In this document: positions 1-7,243 of the stretch, piece by piece
How positions within the stretch are numbered: position 1 is the stretch's first letter
How the letters are laid out: each line of letters opens with the position of its first letter
From: a virus
Taxonomy: Duplodnaviria > Caudoviricetes
IMG/VR virus record: IMGVR_UViG_3300044956_000209
Coordinates: 1-31,551 of that record
Reading direction: 5' to 3' (one strand)
Length of the DNA: 31,551 bases
Translations under genes and position numbers: made by a program
The notes under the pieces: generated by a model
The model's database searches: none
Told to the model about the DNA's origin: nothing
What the model saw: only the letters and a program-made list of their open reading frames with translations

Positions 1-208
1 GCCGGAGAGTGTTGGGAGAATCTTTTAAGGGCGGTGCGGCATGAAGTGTAATTCGATACACATTTGGAGTGATGCGAGGTGTTGTCGTCAGCGTGGACAT
101 GACGGATATTGTTGGTCACGGTCCAAGGCCGACAGGTTTGGCGTGATGGTTCGTGCTGTGTGGTGGAGTGAGAACGGAAAGTTCAAGTCGCACCACGCAT
201 ACGAGTAT
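1..208. repeat. Left copy of 208-bp terminal direct repeat (circular/terminally redundant genome)
   Basis: 1-208 matches 31344-31551 base for base, except G128 vs A31471. Confidence 0.97.
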
Positions 209-247
209 GGCCGCATATCAAAACTCACCGCGAAGGAGGTGGGGTGA
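41..247 (+). CDS. Hypothetical phage protein (68 aa, Cys/His/Trp-rich)
   Basis: ATG preceded by a purine-rich stretch; the stop overlaps the next gene's start (GTGATG) and the gene's 3' end carries the AGGAGG SD for it. Confidence 0.6.
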   Translation: MKCNSIHIWSDARCCRQRGHDGYCWSRSKADRFGVMVRAVWWSENGKFKSHHAYEYGRISKLTAKEVG

Positions 248-561
248 TGGGTTTAGTTGACCAAACCAAACTGTGCTGCGGACCTTTCTGCGCCGAGTGT
301 CACCTTGCGATGGAGAAGCAGGACAGTCGTCTTGCCGCCCTCGAATCCCAACTCTCCGCCCGCGACGCGGAGATTGCGAGGTTGAGGGCCGTGGAAGATG
401 CGGCAGCCGAGTACGTCGCCCAATACAACAGCGGCAACTGCACCGATGACGAGTTGGCGGAATACATGCGGACGCTCATTGATTCATTTATTCCCAAGGA
501 GCCCCACGACGATGCCTCAAAGATACCCGTTCGCACGCCGTTGAAGAAGGAGGCGACATGA
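244..561 (+). CDS. Hypothetical protein with CC..CxxC N-terminus and coiled coil
   Basis: AGGAGG SD; heptad-like LAALESQLSARDAEIARLRAV; ATGA-coupled to the next ORF. Confidence 0.7.
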   Translation: MMGLVDQTKLCCGPFCAECHLAMEKQDSRLAALESQLSARDAEIARLRAVEDAAAEYVAQYNSGNCTDDELAEYMRTLIDSFIPKEPHDDASKIPVRTPLKKEAT

Positions 562-641
562 GCGACGCGAAGCCGCTGGAGTGGGCAGCCAAGAAGCGGT
601 GCGAGGAGCATCGGGCATCACTAGCGAAAGGCGGACAATGA
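558..641 (+). CDS. Small ORF, 27 aa (MSDAKPLEWAAKKRCEEHRASLAKGGQ); not in the ORF track
   Basis: AGGAGG SD upstream; ATGA overlaps with both the upstream stop (561) and the downstream start (638). Confidence 0.6.
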   Translation: MSDAKPLEWAAKKRCEEHRASLAKGGQ

Positions 642-1024
642 ACTCCCGCGCGAAAGGTAAACGCATTGAACTCAAAGCCGCGCACTTCCTCACGTCACAC
701 GGCATCCCCGCACAACGCGGAGCCCGCAACGGCGTGAAGGACGGGCAGGACTTGATACTTCCGCCCGAGTATGACATCCATATCGAGGTGAAGGGCGACA
801 AGTCGGTGAGGCCGGGTACGAAGGCGATGGAGGATGCGTTAGACCAAGCCGACGAAGGGGCGAAGCAGGCCGACAAGTTTCACCGATGCGTTCTGTGGCA
901 TGAGGACCGCAAGGGTTGGCGATTGACGGCGCGCGACGACAACAACCTACAGCAGTCTTTCTACCGTGAGGCAGACATTGTTCGCATGATCGAATGGACC
1001 AAGCCGGAACCCGCGTCATCGTGA
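638..1024 (+). CDS. Hjc-like PD-(D/E)xK Holliday junction resolvase
   Basis: MNSRAKGKRIELKAAHFL..G...R....GQDLI....IHIEVK matches the phage Hjc-type pattern (GxxxE, D, EVK); ATG at 638 preferred over the track start. Confidence 0.8.
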   Translation: MNSRAKGKRIELKAAHFLTSHGIPAQRGARNGVKDGQDLILPPEYDIHIEVKGDKSVRPGTKAMEDALDQADEGAKQADKFHRCVLWHEDRKGWRLTARDDNNLQQSFYREADIVRMIEWTKPEPASS

Positions 1025-1049
1025 CGATTGAGGGATAGACTCGGATGCC

Positions 1050-1154
1050 TTGGTGCTGGTGGACGGGTAGTAACCGTCGCCTTTCCAACGCCAGCACCGA
1101 CCGCCGCGTAGGTGAATCGCGGTAGGGAAAGATCGGGGAAACCCGGTCGGACCC
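1050..1154 (+). ncRNA. Candidate structured leader RNA upstream of the Mom-like gene
   Basis: Stems 1050-1061/1089-1100 (12 bp, 2 GU), 1062-1066/1074-1078, 1103-1108/1118-1123 and 1131-1137/1142-1148 (GAAA tetraloop); bulge CTTTCC 1081-1086 is complementary to GGAAAG 1126-1131. Confidence 0.45.
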
Positions 1155-1161
1155 ATTCAGA

Positions 1162-1749
1162 ATGAATACACACTGCAAAAATTCATGCGCCGATAATGTA
1201 AGAGAAAGCATGCCGCTCTTCCCGAGCGGAAGTGGCGGTTCAAATCCGACCTCGGCGCTTCAGCTGTTTATTAGCGAATGCGGAATGAGAAGGGCGCAAG
1301 AACTAAATACTACGTGGCATTCCGTATTGCCCAAAACACATCTTGGAAATCTTGTTGGAAACAAGCATAGAGTGGCATATATCGCAGAGTTTGGAACTGT
1401 CGCGTATGCGGTGGCTATATGGACAACACCAATTGCAGCAAATAGACTACGCAACGGATGGAATTTATTAGAATTACGGAGGTTTGCTATATGCAGCGAC
1501 GCGCCTCCGAACACCGCAAGTCGCATGCTTTCCGTTATGACAAGAATGATCAAAAAAAAGTTTCCTGAAATTGACGGGCTGATTTCGTATCAGGCGACAG
1601 ACCACCACCAAGGCACAATTTACAAAGCCGCAGGATGGAAACCGACAACAAGAAGCAAGTCTCAAGTATGGCATAAAGGCGAAAGCCGAAGTTCTATGCA
1701 AACGACGAGCGACAAGGTTCGATGGGAATTGCAGTGGAAGAATCACTAA
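1162..1749 (+). CDS. mom: Mom-like DNA adenine hypermodification enzyme (GNAT fold)
   Basis: Motifs LELRRFAI...APPNTASRMLS...LISY....HQGTIYKAAGW are typical of Mu Mom-family proteins. The region looks AT-richer than its flanks. Start uncertain (1162, 1210 or 1285). Confidence 0.8.
   Translation: MNTHCKNSCADNVRESMPLFPSGSGGSNPTSALQLFISECGMRRAQELNTTWHSVLPKTHLGNLVGNKHRVAYIAEFGTVAYAVAIWTTPIAANRLRNGWNLLELRRFAICSDAPPNTASRMLSVMTRMIKKKFPEIDGLISYQATDHHQGTIYKAAGWKPTTRSKSQVWHKGESRSSMQTTSDKVRWELQWKNH
1187..1262 (+). tRNA. tRNA-Gly(TCC)-like element embedded in the Mom-like ORF
   Basis: Acceptor GCGCCGA(1187-93)/TCGGCGC(1252-58); D stem ATGT/GCAT; anticodon stem CCGCT/AGCGG with loop CT-TCC-CG; T arm GGCGG-TTCAAAT-CCG(A)CC; discriminator T1259; 3' end TCA rather than CCA. 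Confidence 0.8.
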
Positions 1750-1807
1750 TAACGATTATGGATTGGTGTTGCATTTAGATTTGCACACCCCCAGGGGTTC
1801 TTTATCA

Positions 1808-2047
1808 ATGATGATCGGATCGTACCCATGTTGTGATGGCCCGCTCATGCTGAAGTACCCAGACAAGGTGCCGCAATACATGTGTTCCGACTGCCCTCAC
1901 TGTGGCGAGAAGTGTTGGCATTTCTTTAGCAACATTTGCCCACTTAGTTGGACGGATAGCCAATTTTTGGAAACTCACACGGTGGACGAGGAGACAAGAA
2001 TTGTCAGGCGCGTTGACGGAAAGTCCGAGTACGAATCTAACAACTAA
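1808..2047 (+). CDS. Small Cys-rich putative Zn-ribbon protein (79 aa)
   Basis: PCC...CSDCPHCGEKC; directly follows the Mom-like gene; ATG at 1808 chosen. Confidence 0.6.
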   Translation: MMIGSYPCCDGPLMLKYPDKVPQYMCSDCPHCGEKCWHFFSNICPLSWTDSQFLETHTVDEETRIVRRVDGKSEYESNN

Positions 2048-2051
2048 GCAC

Positions 2052-2094
2052 ACCCCCCGGGCCTCTGCCACGCACGCTCACTCGGGGGGTTTTT
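2052..2094 (+). terminator. Intrinsic terminator at the convergence of the two transcription arms
   Basis: ACCCCCCGGG/CTCGGGGGGT stem followed by a T run, just after stop 2047; overlaps the end of the convergent minus-strand gene. Confidence 0.65.
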
Positions 2095-2407
2095 CGTAGG
2101 CACGCTTCGCCCAATCCAGACACCCACACCCAGCCCACTTCCTGAGCGGTACGCGGTAGACGGCCCGCATGACCCAGCGAATCGGCATCGGCACGCCGCG
2201 CCACTTGACACCCAGCCAGCGAATCAACCCATCCTTCCACACCCCGCGCGGGCACGCCACGCGGCCCGTAATGGCCTTGCCGTCGATGGTGCAAGCCACC
2301 GCCCCATCACGCCACGCGGAAGGCCCATGCTCGGCATAGGGGCACAGGTGGCACATAGCGGCCACGGCTTGGCGAACGTCAACGGTGGCGGCACATCCAC
2401 AGGCCAT
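2078..2407 (-). CDS. Cys-rich small protein, last gene of the tail operon
   Basis: MACGC...CHLC...CGC (8 Cys); start abuts the stop of the upstream gene (2410). Confidence 0.7.
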   Translation of the reverse strand: MACGCAATVDVRQAVAAMCHLCPYAEHGPSAWRDGAVACTIDGKAITGRVACPRGVWKDGLIRWLGVKWRGVPMPIRWVMRAVYRVPLRKWAGCGCLDWAKRAYEKPPE

Positions 2408-2409
2408 AG

Positions 2410-3624
2410 TCACTCCGCAAGGGCCGCGAGCATGGCCGCCGTCGAAGGCAGGCCAGCGGTGTTGATTGGTGAGGGGCGTTCCGGGCCCGGCGGTGGGGCA
2501 TTCCACGCGGGCTGCGATTGGCAACCAGCCAGCGGGGTGAGTGTGATCCGGTCCACCCCCGAATCGTTCCACGCTTCATTTGGCGGGCAGGGCGGGAGGT
2601 AGTTGCCCTCACTCACATAGGTCTGATCCCATAGGAAACAATCGCGGTAGACGAGATTATCGAGGATGCCGTTCGCGCAGTTGGCTTGCTCGTGGAGTAC
2701 GGATCGCACGCCGCCCGGACAGGTGGTGGTCCGCTGGTAGCAATCCGGCGGGTCACTCACGAAAGTGTGGTTACCGCCGCAGAATGGATATGAACCGAAG
2801 GGCGGGTGAAGTCTTGCCAGCACGTTGGACGGGATGCCGAACGTAGTTGCATCCGCCGGCTGGTCTGGTCCGAACCCTTGGAACAATCCGCCGGGCACGA
2901 AGTAGAACGGGTGGCTGCCATTGATCGAGCCGCCGCCGGTGATGTCTTGAAACCCCGAGATTTCGATGGTGCCGGATACATTCGTACAGACAGGTGCCGT
3001 TTCCGCCCCGTTCTCTTGGCACGCGAAGTCGGCGTACCCGTCGATTTCCATGCTCATTTCTTCGCAGTACGCACCGTTGCAGTTATTGAAATCTGTCACT
3101 AGCCACGACCGCCAACGCCACGATGCCCGCCGGCGGACCCGGAACTTCTTGGGAAGGTTGCAGGTGATCGGTGCACCAATGTCGGTGCATCGGAATTGGT
3201 AGGGGAGCGAGCAACACCCCGGCTCGGTCGGCACACACTCAGGGTCCAAGCACGTCGCCTCCAGCGGCTTGCACTGCAATTCCTGCCACGTTACCACCGT
3301 CGCGCCGGGGTAGGGCGTGAGGTACTCAATCGGCCTGGCCCTCGGCCCTTGGCACTGGACGGTGCCGGGCCCCGATACCACCGTGTAGCAGTACCCCTGA
3401 TAGATGACCAGCCGACCGCCGCTGATGGGGCATCCGTCGCCGCACACAAACCCGGCGGGGAATGTGATGTATCGCGGCACGCCGGGCGGGGCATCCCCCT
3501 CGTTGCATAGGTCGGCGACGTTCCACGCTTGGGCGGCGCAGCAACGGGCGAAGCACCCGGCGATAGCAAGAGCCAAACGCCGCCCGCGTAGAACCAATCG
3601 GCGATTTGAGGCAAGCAATCTCAC
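2410..3624 (-). CDS. Cys-rich putative tail-tip/fibre protein (~404 aa)
   Basis: GTG at 3624 overlaps the upstream TGA (GTGA); about 26 Cys; distal position in the tail operon. Confidence 0.6.
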   Translation of the reverse strand: MRLLASNRRLVLRGRRLALAIAGCFARCCAAQAWNVADLCNEGDAPPGVPRYITFPAGFVCGDGCPISGGRLVIYQGYCYTVVSGPGTVQCQGPRARPIEYLTPYPGATVVTWQELQCKPLEATCLDPECVPTEPGCCSLPYQFRCTDIGAPITCNLPKKFRVRRRASWRWRSWLVTDFNNCNGAYCEEMSMEIDGYADFACQENGAETAPVCTNVSGTIEISGFQDITGGGSINGSHPFYFVPGGLFQGFGPDQPADATTFGIPSNVLARLHPPFGSYPFCGGNHTFVSDPPDCYQRTTTCPGGVRSVLHEQANCANGILDNLVYRDCFLWDQTYVSEGNYLPPCPPNEAWNDSGVDRITLTPLAGCQSQPAWNAPPPGPERPSPINTAGLPSTAAMLAALAE

Positions 3625-4475
3625 GGGATGGGCACGCCCCCGCCGCTGGTCGTCGCGGCCTGATACCCGCCAAGGATGTTTGTCACGTTCGATTGTGTGA
3701 GGGTTGCCCCGCCAACCGCAGGCGTAACCAGCGTAGCGGTATTCCACCACGTCAACGATGTGCCGCCGAATGTGGCATCGGCTTTCAGGCCGCCGGTATT
3801 GATCGTGCCCCTGAACACCGCCGTAGTGATATTGCCCTGCAGGTGATTCCACGTCGCGCCCGATCCAACGGTACAGGTGGTGATAGCCCCGCTGTCGTCA
3901 TAGGTGGTTGTGGACAAGCCATCGGCGGTGCCGGTGGTGATCTGCCGCTGCATGATGACCTTGCCGCTGCCAGTGCATTCGTAGGTGGTAATAGCCGTCG
4001 CGTTGTCTTCGACCGTCACGGTTCCGCCGCTGACGCGAAGAGTGGTAACGACGGTGCCCGAGCCAATAGTTACCACGCCCGCCGAAACTTGGACTTGCGT
4101 AAATGTACCGCCAACCAGCGTCGCGGTAGACTGGCCCGAGTGCTGGTAGAGGGCGATGGTGTTCGCCGACGATCCGCCGGTAGTGTCGTTGGCGGCTTGC
4201 AGGTACAGCGTGCCGCCGCTGGCCGCGTTCCACACGCGGGTACTCGCACCCATCTTCAACGGGCTAGCCGCCGATCCAATCGACCCCGAGAATAGTGGGC
4301 GAATATCCAGATAGGAAATCTGGCCGATGCCCGCTGTTGAGGCATCGAACCCGGTGACGGTCTGCCCGGTTTGGCTGCTCACGATAAGCGTGGCGGACAG
4401 GGCAAATCCGATGCCGTCTGACCATGAACCAGCGGCCATTGTCGTTGCGCCCGACGTGAGATATGAAAGAGCCAT
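3621..4475 (-). CDS. Putative virion protein with beta-solenoid character
   Basis: G/T/S/V-rich beta-strand repeats (TQVQVSAGVVTIGSGTVVTTLRVSGGTVTV); lies in the tail operon. Confidence 0.7.
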   Translation of the reverse strand: MALSYLTSGATTMAAGSWSDGIGFALSATLIVSSQTGQTVTGFDASTAGIGQISYLDIRPLFSGSIGSAASPLKMGASTRVWNAASGGTLYLQAANDTTGGSSANTIALYQHSGQSTATLVGGTFTQVQVSAGVVTIGSGTVVTTLRVSGGTVTVEDNATAITTYECTGSGKVIMQRQITTGTADGLSTTTYDDSGAITTCTVGSGATWNHLQGNITTAVFRGTINTGGLKADATFGGTSLTWWNTATLVTPAVGGATLTQSNVTNILGGYQAATTSGGGVPIP

Positions 4476-4481
4476 GATGAG

Positions 4482-4823
4482 TTACTCCTGAGCGTACAAG
4501 TTGACTTGGATGGATACCCCGGACTGTGTGGTGGTCTTACTCACGATGAGATACCGGAACGCGGACACATCCAACGCTGCGGATATGCCGGGTGCCGTGA
4601 TCGTGGTTACCGTTTCTAGCGCGTACACGCCGCTGCCCGGCATCACATTCGACCGATAGACGGTGAGGACCGCCGTACTCCATGCGGTCGCGCCGATGCT
4701 TTGCGCTTGCACTGTCGCCACGTTCAACCCGGCGCAATCCAGCACCATCGGGAGGCCGGTAGCCGATGCCGACCACCCGGAGGTAGATGCGTCCGCGACG
4801 AATTGCGCCTCATTGGTTCTCAT
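4482..4823 (-). CDS. Small beta-sandwich virion protein
   Basis: ATGA-coupled start at 4823; the FRYLIV motif near the C-terminus resembles small jelly-roll structural proteins. Confidence 0.65.
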   Translation of the reverse strand: MRTNEAQFVADASTSGWSASATGLPMVLDCAGLNVATVQAQSIGATAWSTAVLTVYRSNVMPGSGVYALETVTTITAPGISAALDVSAFRYLIVSKTTTQSGVSIQVNLYAQE

Positions 4824-5089
4824 GCGCACCCCGTGGTTGCAAAGCCCTCGATGATCTGGTATTGCATAACGCCGCCAACGTCGAACGCGGTGAACCACGT
4901 CCCGGGTGTCGCCGCAATGGTGTCGATGCTGTCGGGCTGGCGATAGTTGTGGGGGACGACACCAGCAAACGTCGCCACCGTACCCGATGGCAGGTTGATA
5001 GTCACGGTGTATGTGATGCCGCTAGCCGGGCCGGGATTGGTGCCCTGCACACTGACAATCACGCCGGGGCATGGTGTTGCGCTTGCCAT
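4820..5089 (-). CDS. Small tail protein (89 aa)
   Basis: TAATG overlap with the upstream stop; ATGA overlap downstream. Confidence 0.65.
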   Translation of the reverse strand: MASATPCPGVIVSVQGTNPGPASGITYTVTINLPSGTVATFAGVVPHNYRQPDSIDTIAATPGTWFTAFDVGGVMQYQIIEGFATTGCA

Positions 5090-5937
5090 TAGATTCGATC
5101 CAATCCGGGTAGGGATACCCAACCGTTGTGATCCGCGTAGTTTGTATACATCCACGAAATCTCGGGCTCCGGCGGCGTTCCCGTCCCCGTCTGTGGCGGT
5201 GGCGGAATTACTACCAGCGTTGTGTACGGCGCACGCCAATACACCACGCCGCCAACGGTCAATGGCGGCGGCACCACCATCTTCTTTGGACTTTGGAATG
5301 GGATGCTGGCGGGCTGCCGTGTGCCCGAATCCTTCTCCCACGTGTAAGTGATCTCATCCCGCTCGGTGTCGATGTTCCGCACCGCTGGCGGCATGAATGC
5401 GTAGTAGATGCCGCTGCCGATGGGTATCTCGTGTACCTTGCTGATTTGCGCGATGATCTGGCCCATATCGGCCAGCACGAGTTTGGGGACAACGACGGTT
5501 GCCCACAGCGTCGCGTTATTCTCGGCAACCCTGATTGTGTCCGGCTCCCACACCTTCAGCGTTGCCGCCGATGTTCCGCTTGTGACAATCTTCTCGGCCA
5601 GCGTGAACACGGGAATATCTGTGACGCGGCTGTTGATGCCAAATCCCCAACGCAGATAGTCGTCGGACTTGTCCTGATTGAAGTAAATCTTGCCGCTGCC
5701 GTTATTGGAATACAACACGGTGAGGTCTAGCGTTCCATCACTCTTTGGCTTGAAGTTGTGCCGATCTGCGAAAAGGTTCGGGTAGTTGGGATGGGGCGAG
5801 CCGATCTGTGGGCATCGTGGATCAGCAAGGGCAGATTCTTGTGTGAGGTACCCGGTGGTAAACTCGCGGACGAGTTGGGCCGATTGTGAATCGTACCGCG
5901 ATTCGCCGGACACGATGCGTTCGTCAAACTGTGGCAT
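5089..5937 (-). CDS. Putative distal tail/hub protein
   Basis: Immediately follows the tape measure (TGATG overlap); CPQIGSPHPNYP motif and beta-rich composition; function inferred from position. Confidence 0.55.
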   Translation of the reverse strand: MPQFDERIVSGESRYDSQSAQLVREFTTGYLTQESALADPRCPQIGSPHPNYPNLFADRHNFKPKSDGTLDLTVLYSNNGSGKIYFNQDKSDDYLRWGFGINSRVTDIPVFTLAEKIVTSGTSAATLKVWEPDTIRVAENNATLWATVVVPKLVLADMGQIIAQISKVHEIPIGSGIYYAFMPPAVRNIDTERDEITYTWEKDSGTRQPASIPFQSPKKMVVPPPLTVGGVVYWRAPYTTLVVIPPPPQTGTGTPPEPEISWMYTNYADHNGWVSLPGLDRI

Positions 5938-7232
5938 CAGCGCACCCCCCTCTGCCGTGCGAGCGTTTCAAGTGCTGACGCGATGCCGTCGAAGCGTTGG
6001 AGCAACGCGGTGGTGTCGAACATTTGCGCCATGCGTTGCTGGTTCTGTGTGACGACAGAGCCGATAGCGTCGTTGAAGGCCTGTGCTTCGCGTGAGAGCG
6101 CCTCTGAAAACGCCTTGGCAACTTGATCGGCCTTCTCTGCCTCTGCCCTTGCACGCTCTTCCAGTGCCGCCCTCTCCTTGGCTTGCTTATCTTGAAGTGC
6201 CGCGAGTTGCTTATCCGCCACGGTCTGCGCCGCCGCGAGTTGCCGATTCAACAGGTCGATGGTGTATTGGTCTGTGGTCTGCGATATTCGGCGTTCAATG
6301 TCCAGCCGCTTCTGGGCCAGTTGCTCGGCGATCTTCTGTTCTTCCGAAAGCCCCTCCATCCTCGCGGCGTTCTCAGCCGCCTCGGTTTCTTTCAGCACGT
6401 CCTGATATGCCTTGACTTCAGAATCTCTGTTTTTTTGCCTAGACGATTCTGATACTCTCTCATCGAATCTTGCCAACTCCTCGGCGTGTTTCTTCTTCAA
6501 TTCGGCGAGGCGAAGTTCAAGCCATACCGCATTACCGGATCGCGCTTTGGCATCTTCGATTTCTTTCTTGTGCGATTCTTCAAGTTCGGCCCGCTTCTTA
6601 TCCGTTTCATCTTCGATGACCTGTCCAAGTATCACCTTGCGGCGTTCGAGAAGTTCCTGCAAATCCTTCTCGGATTCGACGTGTTTCTTTGCCGCCTCGT
6701 TCGCTTTTTCCTGTAGATAGTTGATGGCAGACCACGCCGCGCTTATCAGCGCGAGGTATCCAGACACGCGAGAAATAACCCCAAGCGCGTTTTGCAGTGG
6801 CTGGGTAAACGCCTTGACCCTTTCGAAGAACGTGCCCGCACTTGCGGATGCAGCGTTCATGCTAGTTGTAATTCCTGCCGCCGCACCAGCCGCCTCACGC
6901 GCACTTGCGGATGCAGCGTTCATGCTAGTTGTAATTCCTGCCGCCGCACCAGCCGCCTCACGCAATGGCTTTGCGGGAGAGCCGCCTTTGCGATACGGAT
7001 CGTCAAACGTGTTGAAGTTTGCGCCGAACCCCGGGCCGCTGATCGACGTGTTGTATGCGTCGTTCAATCGACGCACAGATCCAGCCGCCTGCGCCTCCAT
7101 CATCTGAAGTTCTTGTGTGAGTTCTTTACCAGCGGTTTCGACCTCTTTGAGTTTGGCAACAGTGGCATCCGCGCCGGCGGCCTCAACACCAACGGATACC
7201 CGCCCAATCTCATTTGAACCCGCGCCTGCCAT
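5937..7232 (-). CDS. Short tape measure protein (431 aa)
   Basis: N-terminal EIGRVSVGVEA (TMP-like), Ala-rich segment, one hydrophobic helix and a long E/K/Q/A coiled coil; follows the tail tube gene. Confidence 0.75.
   Translation of the reverse strand: MAGAGSNEIGRVSVGVEAAGADATVAKLKEVETAGKELTQELQMMEAQAAGSVRRLNDAYNTSISGPGFGANFNTFDDPYRKGGSPAKPLREAAGAAAGITTSMNAASASAREAAGAAAGITTSMNAASASAGTFFERVKAFTQPLQNALGVISRVSGYLALISAAWSAINYLQEKANEAAKKHVESEKDLQELLERRKVILGQVIEDETDKKRAELEESHKKEIEDAKARSGNAVWLELRLAELKKKHAEELARFDERVSESSRQKNRDSEVKAYQDVLKETEAAENAARMEGLSEEQKIAEQLAQKRLDIERRISQTTDQYTIDLLNRQLAAAQTVADKQLAALQDKQAKERAALEERARAEAEKADQVAKAFSEALSREAQAFNDAIGSVVTQNQQRMAQMFDTTALLQRFDGIASALETLARQRGVR
6838..6963. 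repeat. Exact 63-bp tandem duplication in the tape measure gene
   Basis: 6838-6900 = 6901-6963; encodes REAAGAAAGITTSMNAASASA twice. Confidence 0.95.
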
Positions 7233-7243
7233 TCATCCCCCCG

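Noticed and set aside
1120-1160. AGGGAA..hairpin..CCC resembling part of a cobalamin riboswitch
   Set aside because: No B12 box and no T-loop/kissing-loop elements; the gene context is unrelated.
1259-1330. HDV-like (theta) ribozyme 3' of the tRNA-like element
   Set aside because: I could not build the nested double pseudoknot; the sequence reads as ordinary Mom coding region.
3625-3852. Extended N-termini given by the ORF track (also at 5341, 9896, 10354, 20450, 21271 and 29045)
   Set aside because: They overlap upstream genes heavily; downstream ATGA/GTGA/TAATG-coupled starts fit better.
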